64,000 nt of DNA from assembly GCA_002633005.1 (NCBI GenBank), contig NMRA01000424.1, positions 10,815 to 74,814 of the forward strand, given 5' to 3'. This DNA is from Phoronis australis. Lineage: Eukaryota > Animalia > Phoronida. Within the stretch, counting starts at the first letter, position 1; each line of letters opens with the position of its first letter. The notes under the pieces were generated by a model. It did no database searches, was not told the DNA's origin, and saw only the letters and a program-made list of their open reading frames with translations. The translations under genes were made by a program, and so were the position numbers. This document shows positions 37,564-49,406 of the stretch, piece after piece.

Positions 37564-38590
37564 GGGTTGTTTTGTCTAATAAGTTTGGCATTGACTGTAC
37601 ATGCAGTGGATGATTTGTGAATTACTCCCTAGAACTGTATTGTTCTGGGTGGAATACTTCGTCACCTTGAGGTAGAAAACTTTATGTTATTATTGTATAT
37701 CTCAACTAGTCAACTCTGCTGATAAGTTGTTGAAAGTTCGTGGCCTCTGTGCTATTGTGTGAAATGGACTCGGCTATACTGGCCTTAGTGTTGAGAGCAA
37801 CTTCAACTCTGGAGTTTTATGAAGCTGAAGTGAATTTTGTAGTATTATTAGAATAGATCTGTTGTCTATAAACTTATCTTACAGGGCAGCCTTCGTTGTT
37901 TTGGGACCATTGCTGTGCTGGGCTCTGTTCCCTTTTATGTCAGTCTCTAACATGAATAGAATGTCAAAACCCCGGTGTTCTGTAGCATAATACCAACATT
38001 TTCTCTCATTTTGCTGTACGTTTTCTTTTCACTTATTGTTGGTTGTTCAACTTCTTCAGCATTCCTCGTCAGTGGTGCCTGGTTCGTATGACCTTGCATT
38101 TGAATGCTAACATACGGGCCCGTTATTCAATAAATCCTCCGATGATCCCTTGGTCCTTGCAGGCTGAACTTCGTGTCCTTTTACTGAGAATGCGATTTCA
38201 TCTTCTTAATCAACAGGTCTCCTTGGCTACAAGAAATATAATGATCGCTCTTCCCGTTACCATCCCCTGCACATAAGTTTCCTAACAACGAGATATTTTT
38301 TTACTGGAAATACGAATAATTATTTGGTCAATGCACCCATACCTGAAGTAATGCCGAGCTCCCGAAGTGACATGAAATAATTACCTTTAGGGAACGAGAT
38401 ACCTAGGTGTGGGAACGAGATAGTATTTCGTTTACACTAGTTACACAACTCGTTGGACAACTTAAGGCTCTGTTAAATAATCTTTTATTTAAAAGAAATT
38501 TAAACCAGCGTTTTTACGCCGGCACAGATGGGTGTCTTTTGTGTCCCATCATGAAACTTGTCTGAGGAATTCGACGTCTTGAGGCGGAGG

Positions 38591-38624
38591 AATAAAACAA
38601 ATGTAGCGAATGTTCACCTTTATT
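38591..38624. terminator. Candidate bidirectional poly(A) site between the convergent GS genes
   Basis: Plus AATAAA 38591-38596 and minus AATAAA (TTTATT 38619-38624); the plus strand shifts from T/G-rich to A-rich around here. Confidence 0.4.
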
Positions 38625-39297
38625 ATTCATTGGACGATATCAAATGACAAATATGACCACGTGCCTAATTACGTAACAATGTTGTATCGTGAGAAATAAG
38701 CACGCGATGTAACATCTGACTATGAAATGCTCCAAATAAAGTAAAGTTCCGTGAATGGTTAATAATTAAGTGTTCACACGTGTTTTTTTCAAAGCAGTTC
38801 TTAAAAGCTTGTCGGTAGACGTACGACATTCGGTTCAAAAATCCACGTCTACTTGCATAACAAAATAGATAAACAAACACACGCACCATAACTTAACACA
38901 AACAGTCGGTAACGGTCAACTCCGACCATAGTTTCATGGGACGCACCATTCGCGCAGTAACGGCTGCCGGGTGTGCAACACCAATTTTATCTATCGACAA
39001 AATAGTGCGCTCAATAAAGTACTCGCGACAACGAAAAACGTGCGATCTTCAAGTAAAATGTACCGGGTATGGGCAGAGAATGAAGAAATGCATGACTTAA
39101 AATCAGATTTTTTTCTATTTTCAAGCAACTTCGTTAAATATTAAATATTGTAAATGCAGTGATAAAAGGTCGTTTTCCCCATTATCAATTCGCAGGCATA
39201 AGGACAGGACGTACAATGGAGGTCGCGTGCTCGAGGGACCCACGTGTTCTTCGACTAAAACTTTGATTCCGAAACGGTGAAAAATGAAAAATGTAGA

Positions 39298-39445
39298 CAG
39301 GGGCGGATCCATGAACTTGAGTTGGTGGGGGCAGGGATGAGTATTAGCCAGGATTTCGCGCGTCAGGCATTCGCATCCCTGAATTGTCAGATGATACCTG
39401 GGAAATTTTTAGGGGGGCTTGGCCCCCCTTAAATTCGCTAGACTG
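39298..39445. mobile_element. ~150-bp MITE, 5-bp TSD family
   Basis: Starts CAGGGGCGGATCC; perfect TSD GTAGA; inverted homolog of 55809-55961. Confidence 0.85.
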
Positions 39446-40121
39446 GTAGATGCACTGGGAGCAATGGCGTTAGCAAATTTCTAGTTAAAAAGTGAGTATG
39501 TACAAACGTCAGGTTACGAACGCTGGTTCATCATTATTACCCAGTATTCCTAAGAAGGTTAGGCTGCGCCGCGTACAGCCAGGCTGATCTTGTCCTTCAG
39601 TCGTCAGTCTGTGCTTGACACAGCTTACGATACTGACCAGCATTACGACAGACTCATAGACTTACAGTATTACGGGCAACAACAAAATAAGGAAAATAAA
39701 GAGCTAATGCCTGAGTTGATTCAGAATTTCTACCAAGTAGCAAATGGACAAAAGACAGACCTACCTACCTACCGGATTGAGAAAATTGAACGATGCATGA
39801 TCACCGTGTAAACCTATAGATGTAGGTCGCAACTGTTTAACGTTGTCACCTTGCTTGCTATAGCATAGAGAGGGAAATCTACCTGTGCCTTAAAAGATGT
39901 TTCTAAATAATTAAGAAAGATTCAGCTGCAAGTATACAGGAGTTGACTTGTCAGTATAGAATTACGAAAAATGCTTAGAATGCATAACCTCTTACCGTTT
40001 AATTAGTACACAAGACATATCACAAAATAATCCTGGCAGTTAATTTATCATTTGATGACAGAAAGGTAGGCCACACAAAAAGTAGGCCACACAAAAACCA
40101 CAGAGTTTCTTCGAAAATCTG

Positions 40122-40226
40122 CTAATCCAACAATGTTGTTGTCACTAAAACTTCTGTCACCCTATAGGGGTCGCAGTTGGACGAAGGCCGACGGTCCTCG
40201 AAATAGCCCCTTTTCTGTTCGGCAAC
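40122..40226 (-). CDS. GLUL: Glutamine synthetase II copy B, exon 7 (terminal)
   Basis: [34 protein letters not shown]; total CDS 1095 nt = 364 aa. Confidence 0.95.
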   Translation of the reverse strand, partial: VAEQKRGYFEDRRPSSNCDPYRVTEVLVTTTLLD

Positions 40227-40443
40227 CTGTAAAAATGAACACGACGTACAGTATCAGTGTGGGTGTAAGTACTAGAGATACCAAGCCTGTTTACACATCA
40301 TCAGACATTGACATTATCTCTGTAATCTAATGTCATGTTATCAAGTGAATTGGGAACAATAACCGTGGCCCAAATGATCATGACTGAAAGTGCTATCAAA
40401 CAATACCATCACGTGCCGTTAGAATGTAAATTTCATCACTCAC

Positions 40444-40624
40444 GTGTCTTGGAATGCGAATGCTTGCGCCGCGATTAGCCACTCCAGCAGAGAAGTCATG
40501 GATGCTGGAGGTTTCGTGGCGGCCCGTCAAGCGGCGCTCGTTGTCTCGTCCCTCTTTGGGGTCGTACGCCTTGATGTGCTTAACGTGTTGCTTAGTCAAC
40601 TTCTCAATCGCTGCTTCGATTTCC
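40444..40624 (-). CDS. GLUL: Glutamine synthetase II copy B, exon 6 (181 nt)
   Basis: [47 protein letters not shown]. Confidence 0.95.
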
Positions 40625-40889
40625 CTGAAAATTTTGTGATAAAATCATTTAAAATCGTTTTCAAAGATAGAAAACGCTTAACATGACTGAATCGTATGAC
40701 ACTTACGACCAGGCGAATTTATACCTGTGTCAAATAATTCACGAGCGTACATAATTATAGCGACTGTGAACTTGCACGTAAGCCTACAAAACGGGAATGC
40801 AAACGACAGCCGCCTGCGCCTGTGTTGAAGTCGCATTTAGGTCTATACAACAGGCAAAATGTCGTAGAGCTGGACCAATCTTCTACGTA

Positions 40890-41173
40890 CAAGCGGCGGA
40901 TTCAGGGGACCAGCAAAAAATGACCGCAAGCGCGTGAGGAAATATTGAGTTCACTAATTAACCCTGGTAACAAGGTGTAGGAAGCGTCTCCCCGTTTTTT
41001 TTTTTAGTTTTTAGTCGTGCGGTTGCATTTCAGCAAGGAGATCCGCATTCTCAGGAGTCCAAGCCCTCCTTCATTTCAGGATGTGTGCGCGCATGCAGTC
41101 GTGCTTTGCGCGGTTGCCCAAGACAAAGTGTTGGGGCCCCCTTAGGGTAGGCCCTATCCTAGATCCGCCACTG
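40890..41173. mobile_element. Degraded GGCGGAT-type MITE
   Basis: GGCGGATTCAGGGG ... CCTAGATCCGCCACTG ends. Confidence 0.6.
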
Positions 41174-41363
41174 AAGCGTAAGGGAATTTTAAAAAGCTTG
41201 CAAAAACAGTACAACAATATAACTCGCATCTGCCAGCAGACGATTGCCTAATGAAAAGGCAACGATATTAAACTTGGGAAGACACACGACTACGCACAGG
41301 CACCTTCGGAGACGGATATTCTAAGCTAAAAAACTGGCTTATGGACAACAATTAAGACAACTG

Positions 41364-41526
41364 GCGTGCGTTCAGTAGACGCTAGGACCTACGCTAGGAC
41401 CTACGCTAGGACCTAGCCAAAACCTAGTCAAAGTCAAGTGTTCTCATTTAAAATGCATGGCAATATATCACGTAATCTCGCGAAGTCTTGCTTTTTAGCG
41501 AGGTCCTAGCGTTACTGAACGGGAGG
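41364..41526. mobile_element. ~160-bp MITE (GCTAGGACCT family), copy 2
   Basis: Near-identical to 16702-16858; flanked by CTG(G) direct repeats. Confidence 0.8.
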
Positions 41527-41948
41527 CTGGGCTGTGTCATCAGCTGTGACGTAATGATATCGCTCGGGGACCGGCGTTTCGGCGATCAAGAAGTATGCCG
41601 AGAGAGGGCCCCCGCGGTGAAATAGCAGTCGGCTTTCGGCAGATACAGTCAGTCCACGAACTCACGGTAGCCGGACAGTGCTATATGAGAGTAGGACGAA
41701 GTTGAGTAAGAACCTGTATGTCAGGGGCGTGCGATTGAAAGTTCGAGAGCACGGAGTGAAAGGAAATCGGAATTATGAAGACAGACACTCTAGTGTGGAC
41801 GCAATTGCTCGACTAGGTCGTACAAAAGACAGTTTTCATCGCCATGGCAAAATAGTTAATACTGATGAATTACAATAATTTGCCCTATCACACATTTGGG
41901 CAATCGAAATTAACCGCAATCTCATTACGACCTGAGTGCGCCGTATTA

Positions 41949-42886
41949 CAATGGCGGATCTAGGATATCACAAGGGGGGCAACATTTTGTCTGTAAACAT
42001 TTGCTCAAAGCACGATTGTAGGTGCGCATAGCACCGAATGGGGGGAGGTCGGGAGGGGGGCGGGTAATTTTTCTGTTCTTTCCTCTAAAAATCAAGCATT
42101 TTCCTTGATTCTCGAAGTATTATCCAAGAAAAAGGCAAAACATAAAAACGGAGAAAGTGTCAAACAGGAAAAACTGCAAATACCCCAGACTTGATCTCAC
42201 GACCTGGCGGATAGAGCGTGCGTGCTTTACCACTGCACCACCACGATTTAACCCATAATTTGTTGCTAAGAAACCTACTTGTTTATGGTCCACAGCGTTT
42301 GCGCGCGAAACCTCCTTCTTTTTGTAATGCTTATTACATGTTTTATATTTTGTGCAATCAGTTCGTTACAAATTTGTTGTATTTAAAATAGTCTTCAATT
42401 GCCCAAAAGACCAAATCCGTTTTTTGTGTTGGCAAAAATTACCCGTTTGCTTTGGAAATCGTCTTAAGTTAAGGTTTGACAAAGAGAGAATTGTGAGTTT
42501 CTGAGTGATTCACTCAGGCTTCGATTAAAATTCACATCTTACCAGCAGCTTCTGTTTTTTCATCATCACTCAGATTCCATTTTCTTTAAAAAATGAAGTA
42601 ATTTTCTTCATTGCACAGTGGAGCAGACGACGGAAACGGATTCGTAGTGCCCAGCGCCACTGCCGGTTGCCTGGGATATCGCGGGAGAGCCTACACTTAA
42701 TTAGCCATAGTTCCCCCAAACACTAAAACTGTACACATTTAAATCTTGTTTCAGCGTATAATTTTAATTACCGGGGTTAATAAATAAACTCAACATTTCC
42801 CTACGCTCTTGCTATTTTATTTTTTGCGGCAGCCAGGGAGGGGCAGGGCCCCCTGACCCCCCCCCTCCCCCCTAAATCCGCCTATG
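41949..42886. mobile_element. 938-bp non-autonomous DNA transposon, 5-bp TSD, carrying a tRNA-like segment
   Basis: TIR CAATGGCGGATCTAGG / CCTAAATCCGCCTATG; perfect TSD TATTA; minus-strand A-box/B-box-like segment at 42183-42245. Confidence 0.85.
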
Positions 42887-43070
42887 TATTATGAGTCTGC
42901 AATCCAGAGTAGATCGGTGTTTCTCTTTCATGGTTGGCCTGTGCACACGGAGTAAAAGGACCATTCCCCACTATCGTTGCATGGACAACATCACGCGCTA
43001 TCCCGCGCGGAAAGATCACTGGAGGACGACAGGATTTTCTTCCCACACACAGGTTGTCTCGAAGACTTAC

Positions 43071-43270
43071 ACTATTCCGTTCTCAGCCCTCATTGCCTGA
43101 GTACTGTAGTTGGTGTGTGATCCGGAGCCATTCCAATCGCCGTCTACCGGCTTAGGGTCGAAGCTGACTACGACACCGAAGTCCTCGGCCACTCTATGAA
43201 GGATGAAGCGAGCCATCCACAGGTGATCACCCATCTCTATTCCCTCACATGGTCCTACCTGGAACTCCCA
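43071..43270 (-). CDS. GLUL: Glutamine synthetase II copy B, exon 5 (200 nt)
   Basis: [38 protein letters not shown]. Confidence 0.95.
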
Positions 43271-43479
43271 CTGAAACGACAAAATGGACCTACGTCATGT
43301 AGGATATACTTGTTAACAAACTTTAGAACTACATCGTCGATGTTTTCGTTCCAAAACAGACCGTTCACAAAAAACGTCTGTAGTCTTGTACTCGCACATG
43401 CACACACGTTTCATTTCGGCCTTTTACAGCCTGAATGTGTCGGGTTGCGACATCAGAAAGCTATTTACGTTAAGGAACT

Positions 43480-44640
43480 TTAGCGAAACGGAGGAAAAAT
43501 GAAAAAATGAAATTGCCACTAGGGGGCACAGCGCTCCTCGGATCCGTCTGAAAGTTGTCGTCTTCCGTTGTCATCTACATATAAATACACTTGCTAAATT
43601 TAATAAAGATCCTGCAATAGGTTTAGCACAAACAGCTATCGGAGCAAAAAAAACTGCCACTTGCAGGCGCTGACAGTAGTTGAATTCGGAAAATCATTCG
43701 TCAACCGTCCCCCTCACACTAAGAACGTGTAAGCCAATTTTCACAATCGTCTTAAGAGTGGTTTGGTTGACAGAGGGAGGACGTCAAAAACAGACTACAA
43801 AACAGTATAAATGGTCAGTAGCTGATGGCGTAAAGTACGTCGAATCCATCTGAAAACCTGCAAATGTCATTGTTTTTTAACAGAAAGCTGTTTACCAAAT
43901 TTCACGAAAATTCGTCAAGGAACTTCAGAGAAACAGAGGAAAACGGAAAAAAATAAAATTGCCACTAGGCGGCACAGTGTTCGTATAAACACACATGCTC
44001 ATCGTAATAAAGATCCTGCAGACGGCTAAAGAGATACAGGTATGGGTACAGAAAAACAAAACTCCCACTAGGAGGCGCCATAGTAATTGAAGTCTTTGGA
44101 AAGTCTCTTCATATAAAAAAATAATTGCAGGCGGTCTGATACACGTTGTAGCAGACGTGCGCAGGCCTCACATGTGGGCCCATGATTGCACTGATCACCT
44201 GGAAATATGTTTATGCTTTATTGATATATGGTTAAAACCGAGCTGAGGAGCTAGAAACCTGGCTCAAGGGTTTAGCAGTGTGACCTGGTGGGACTTGAAC
44301 CCACGACCTCGATAGAACATACATGCCAATTTTCACAATCATCCTTAGAGTGGTTTGGTTGACAGAGATGCGGACACGAAAATAGAAAAATGGCCACTAG
44401 ATGGCCCAAAATGCCTTGAATCTACATGTATACAAAAACGGAAGGATAGCGTCACCTCCGTAGATGCTTACATGTATGTGCCCACGAATTTCATGAAAAT
44501 CTGTTCAGGACCTTTGAAGATACAGAGGCAAACCTAAAAACTAAAATTGTCACTAGGGGGCACCGCGGTATTCGGGTAGGTCCGAAACTCGTCGCCCTCT
44601 GTCGTCAACGCCATAGGATCACACCTGCCTAATTTCCATG
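43480..44640. repeat. Higher-order tandem repeat (three subunit types, ~446-bp period) with CCACTAGRNGGC motifs; Helentron/HINE-like
   Basis: AAATTGCCACTAGG.GGCAC at ~43510, ~43957 and ~44545; CCAATTTTCACAATC..AGAGTGGTTTGGTTGACAGAG at ~43734 and ~44326. The family assignment is inference. Confidence 0.75.
44113..44311 (-). mobile_element. 5'-truncated tRNA-derived SINE nested in the tandem repeat
   Basis: Minus-strand B box GGTTCAAGTCC (44291-44301) followed by body and AT-rich tail; the tail is also seen at ~13473-13530. Confidence 0.6.
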
Positions 44641-45518
44641 ACTATTGTTCGCCTGGTCTAAAAATTTTGAGACTCTTATCAGTCATAAACAATATCTAAC
44701 TACAATAAGCACCAGGCTAATTGCTGACAGACACATCAGACCCTTACTCCAAAACCACATATGAATGGATGGAACTACTTTTGACCAGCTCCATCAGTTT
44801 AATTAACAATTTAGGGGATACAACCCAAAAGGAACCAAGGTTTCTGGGGTAAATGCGAACACCGAGGATTATATTCATGAACCAGTAAGACAACTGAAAC
44901 ACGATATACCAGTTTTAACATATACAAGTGTTAAACAAAGCATTGCGCAACGTCAATTGAAAAATTTCAAAATCTACAGATTAAATTAGGACTCAGGAAA
45001 GTCCAAGAAATGACAGTAAAATCAAATACCGCTTGTAGTTCTAACAACTACAGGTGTAAGCTTGTATAAAATAAACAATCTCCGTTTCTTCAAAACTAGT
45101 TTATACAAGAAATAGAGGCGAGCAAATATTGAGACACAATTTGAACCACAGTTTCAGGAGCTGTTTGTAAAAATTTAACATTCATCAGAATTAATTGCAA
45201 ACAATGATAAAAATAACATGGATGCAGAAGAACGGTAGTTGTATTTCAATTATTTAATAAGTATAGTGGTGTAGAACAGAACATGACAAATTGTAGAATA
45301 GGAACGATGTACACACACTGTTGGATGCACATATATATGTATTTTAGCACAGTCAATGGATGTTGAGTAGACGCAATTTTTAACTGAAAATGTCATTGGT
45401 CTCTGGCCAAATGAATATTGGAATTATTTTTGAATCTTCACTTACTTTCTAAAATAAGCACATTTATTCACTAGATGTTGCTGCAGTTATAAGAACATTT
45501 CCAACCACACACAGTTAA

Positions 45519-46524
45519 AGGAGCATGCCACCCAAAAACCAACCTATTTTGTATCAATTTAGATCGAGTAGTTCTACTCGATAACGGCACATTCGGTTGT
45601 GCTACCTGACGGCAGACGGAGATGTTGAAATTATCCAATGACGTCATTGGTTTCACACGCAGTTTGTTCAGCAGTTCACAACACGGGTTACTGGTGTCAG
45701 CTTATCGCTTGAATTCATCGTTTAACACCAATAAATCATCAAACTTCGATGTACAACCCTTAAAAATACACCGAGTTCTTATAAAAATGTGTTGTTTTAT
45801 TTCGCTGTTACGGATTTATTGGCGTTTGGACATCTGAAGACGGTAACGCAGCGGCTTACTCATTGCTGTCTTCTCAAAACGTTTACACTCACGAATACCC
45901 CAAAGGCATTACAAATTGTATCTAATGAGACAGACTTTGTTTCAGTTTTATACAAGCATTGGTTAGGGCGAGAATATTTCATTTTGAAACAACGCAGAAC
46001 GTCAACAGAATCCCGACTTCTAGACGAGAACTCATCCGACAAAGACTTCGCAGGTGTATCGTAAAGTTTCACAGGCTATCATTTCGAACCGAAATACAGT
46101 GATCAAGAAATACTAGAGAGGAGCCGTGAACATGCACAGGCAACGGAACGTATGGATAGTTCTTTGGTAAGCAGGCATTCGTCAGACTCACTGTCGACTA
46201 CTGCCGGCCACAGACACGAAGATGCTTCACGGCCTCATACATGCTATTAACAGCGTACTTTTCATTCTTCACTAAAGCGAGCCCCTTCCTAAGCATTTCG
46301 GACTCTCGAGGAAGTCGAAAAAACGATGTACCCGCTTCCCTCGCAGCTGCATAGTTCGGACACTAGCGGGAACGATGTACCGCACGTCGCGGCGTCGTTT
46401 CTCACCTTCCTCATAGATTAACGCGACACCTCTCAGCAAGGTAAGGTCGACCGTATGCGAGGCGATGTGGACATAGAGGGATTAAGGCGGTAAAAAGACT
46501 AATTAAATCGGGTGGCATTCTCCT
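45519..46524. mobile_element. Kolobok-like non-autonomous transposon (TTAA TSD) with THAP remnant
   Basis: TTAA|AGGAGCATGCCACCC ... GGGTGGCATTCTCCT|TTAA; minus-strand THAP remnant (..SFFRLPRE..LRVCGR) and plus-strand YHFEPKYSDQE remnant. Confidence 0.85.
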
Positions 46525-47164
46525 TTAAAAACGCAATTTTTTAAGGTGTAAATGCTTAAACATTATGCAACAAATAGTCTAGCTCAACAAAATTCTGTTC
46601 GCTTCCGTGAGGTGAATGCACTAAGCTGTCAATTTCTGCTTAAATTTGATTCGTCTGACTTAGGCTAGAAACCAAGTACAATATTATCAATACAGTAAAT
46701 GTCGGGTAGACTGATCAATTGAGTAAATGTCCTTAATGTTTTGAGTAGAAAAACAAAACAACTTAATCAAAACAACAGATGGCTAAATGAGTTACACAGT
46801 GACTGCAATCACAATGTGTGACTCGAAATCAAAGATCAGAGTGATGAGTAACAGCAGTGTCCACTGTAACTTGTAGTGTTACTAGAATGAGTACATACAC
46901 ACCATACACACATGCCAGAGTGACTGCACAGCAAGATAGTTGTACAAGAAATACAATTGTGCAGTACACTTCAAGTGTTTACGTCATATAAACGGGAATA
47001 GGTAGAACGTGTTAAGACCACGCTTTCATTCTGCGACACTTAATTGAATCTAAATTACTTGTGCCCTGATATACAGAAAGCAACTACCACTGTTTCTCTA
47101 ACATATGTCAATGGTCATCCTGTCGCTTGCAAGCAATGATTCTTCGAATGGGCAATGTGTCAAA

Positions 47165-47249
47165 GTCGTGGACCAAGTAGGTCACCCGACCAAGTTAACT
47201 TGGTCGCCAACCAAGTTAACTTGGTCGGGTGACGTACTTGGTCTACGAC
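47165..47249. repeat. Nested palindrome (40-bp arms, each containing ACCAAGTTAACTTGGT)
   Basis: Read directly from sequence; 2 mismatches between arms; 5-nt centre CGCCA. Confidence 0.9.
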
Positions 47250-48480
47250 ATCATCATACAAAAATGAGCTGTACATCACATGGATACTCAGGCTGGATGG
47301 GCCATAGAAGTTACTCGACAGAAAACAAAACAAGTTGACAGAAACATATCTGAAATCTTTTGTTGTGATAACGTAAAAGTAAATCAAAAAGGAAGAGTTA
47401 GGAACTGAAGCAATACACAATTACGGCCATAAAAGTGACTCAATTGACTTGTTCACTTCAATGTTGTTAACCAAGCATATGTGGAACGTTTAACTGAACA
47501 TGTATAGCCAAAACATAGTCTGGGATCGAACACAATGATGATGGTTCCAAGAAAAAACCCTAAATTGTCAAATGGATTTAGAGGTTGCACTCTACCATGA
47601 CAAAAGAATAGTTTATAAAATTGCGACGTCAGCGTATTTCTAAGCTGTAAGGTCATCTTGGTTAGCTTCTGCCTCATTTTGGGATGCATCTAAAGTGTAC
47701 AATAAGCTTGTTCAGGGTGTTTCTTTTAACACCTGTGCGAAAATGGAGAATTAGTTGATTTTGGTTAAATTCAATGTAGTGACCATTTTTAGTTTACACA
47801 TTCAAATGAAAAACTATAAATAACGAATAAAACAGATTGCTTATTTAGGTTAATAATGTCTCAGATTCTTTTGACTGTTGCCAGCTTTATTAAAGTCTGT
47901 CATTATCTTGTGTCTTGTTCTACGCACCGGTGTTCATTTAAATAGATGACACCAGTGACGTCTGCATAACCAACTTACACAGGGACATATTATTGCGCAA
48001 CTGAAATAGTTCTCAATATATGATATAGTTGTAAAGCTATTATATCCACTATAACGAAAATATCATGACGTTCTGGAAAGTGCATGAATGAAAATGGAAG
48101 CTTGTATTAAATCACCAAAGCCTGTACAGAAAATCACTACAAGCTTTGTATTCATACACTACCTTCACATCAATTTATTATTTTGTAAAATCATAAATAT
48201 TGGAAGTAGAAAAAATCAATGTCATCTCATACGCTGTTTTTTGTGTTTTTGTTTTTGTATATTTTAACGAAAAGTCTATAAGTATTTCATAAAAATTCAT
48301 TTATAGCGTGTACAGAATACTAGGCTGGGTGTTAAGTTTTAATGTTTAATATTACTACTAGTAATGATAATGAGGGTGTCGGTAAGTTGACGCTTTCTAA
48401 GTTATAAAGATAACAGTTGTCCGAGATCTGTACTGCTATATCTAGAGACCAGGCGATTTTTTCTCATGTCAATAAGATCC

Positions 48481-48592
48481 TACAAGGGGTTTAGAACTAC
48501 AGCTGCGGACGCCGGACCCCCCGAAGCCCCCACACTCCAGACAGAGATGACGGCAATATGCACCCACATATAAATATGTGGGCGCATAAAAA
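48481..48592 (+). mobile_element. Short Helentron-associated (HINE-like) element
   Basis: ACAAG start, terminal hairpin TATGCACCCACATAT-AA-ATATGTGGGCGCATA followed by AAAA; TTTAGAACTAC shared with ~43322. Confidence 0.45.
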
Positions 48593-49278
48593 CGATATCC
48601 TCAGTAGGTTTGCAATGATCTTCAAAATAATGGTGTTTTTTTAAGATTAGACCAAATTAAGCGCCAGGTGTTCCTTTCATTTGGAAATAAGTATTTTCAC
48701 CACTGGCGCTTTTACTGCAGTAAAGTCGAGTTTAAACCGGTCATTAATCGGCATTCAGTCACAAAATAACTACTTTGTAACTTAGGGCAACGAAATGGGT
48801 CTCAATTTGTCTCTGGGCAAATCAGAAATGATGTCTTGACAGTAGGCCATTGACCAGGCTCCTCAACAAGGCTTGTCATGACATGTCATTTTATTCGTTA
48901 ACCATAGCAATAACGAGCTGTCAGATTTTTTAAGCCCACATGCCACTTTTCACTTGATTTAGGAACAAGACAACATCAGCTAACCGGTAAATGGCCAGAA
49001 TTTATTTTTTTGACGAAATGCGGGTTCAAAAACGCCTTAAACGATTCTAGAACGACCTCAGCCTCTCGGGGCACTGAACCTTTATGTGACCAGAATGAAT
49101 TGTAATCATTTTGAACTTAACGCCACACGTAGGCAGTAAAATGAACTCGTCGGCTCGTAACTATTTACTACAGTAAAATTTTTCGCCAGATTTCTGGTCA
49201 CTATGGCAGCTAAAAACCACACATTATGGTCAAACAGAAAATTCTCGACTTCGAGCCCTGTAAATTAGCAACACTTAC

Positions 49279-49406
49279 CTGAGCCGGCATGACCTCGGCG
49301 TTCGTCCCGGAAATGTTGATTCCAGCGTACATACAGGCACGATAGTGTGCCTCGGCGATGTCCCGACCGAACACTTTGTTGGACCCCACGCCACAGTAAT
49401 AAGGTC
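49279..49406 (-). CDS. GLUL: Glutamine synthetase II copy B, exon 4 (128 nt)
   Basis: [42 protein letters not shown]; CAG|GTAAGT. Confidence 0.95.

Noticed and set aside
35791-40639. Near-identical antisense ORFs [23 protein letters not shown] (35791..36081 -, 40454..40639 +)
   Set aside because: They are reverse-strand shadows of the conserved GS exon 6, not independent genes.
27140-44311. Functional tRNA genes at ~27140-27195, 42183-42245 and 44280-44311
   Set aside because: Only degenerate A/B boxes with no complete cloverleaf; treated as SINE or TE-derived.
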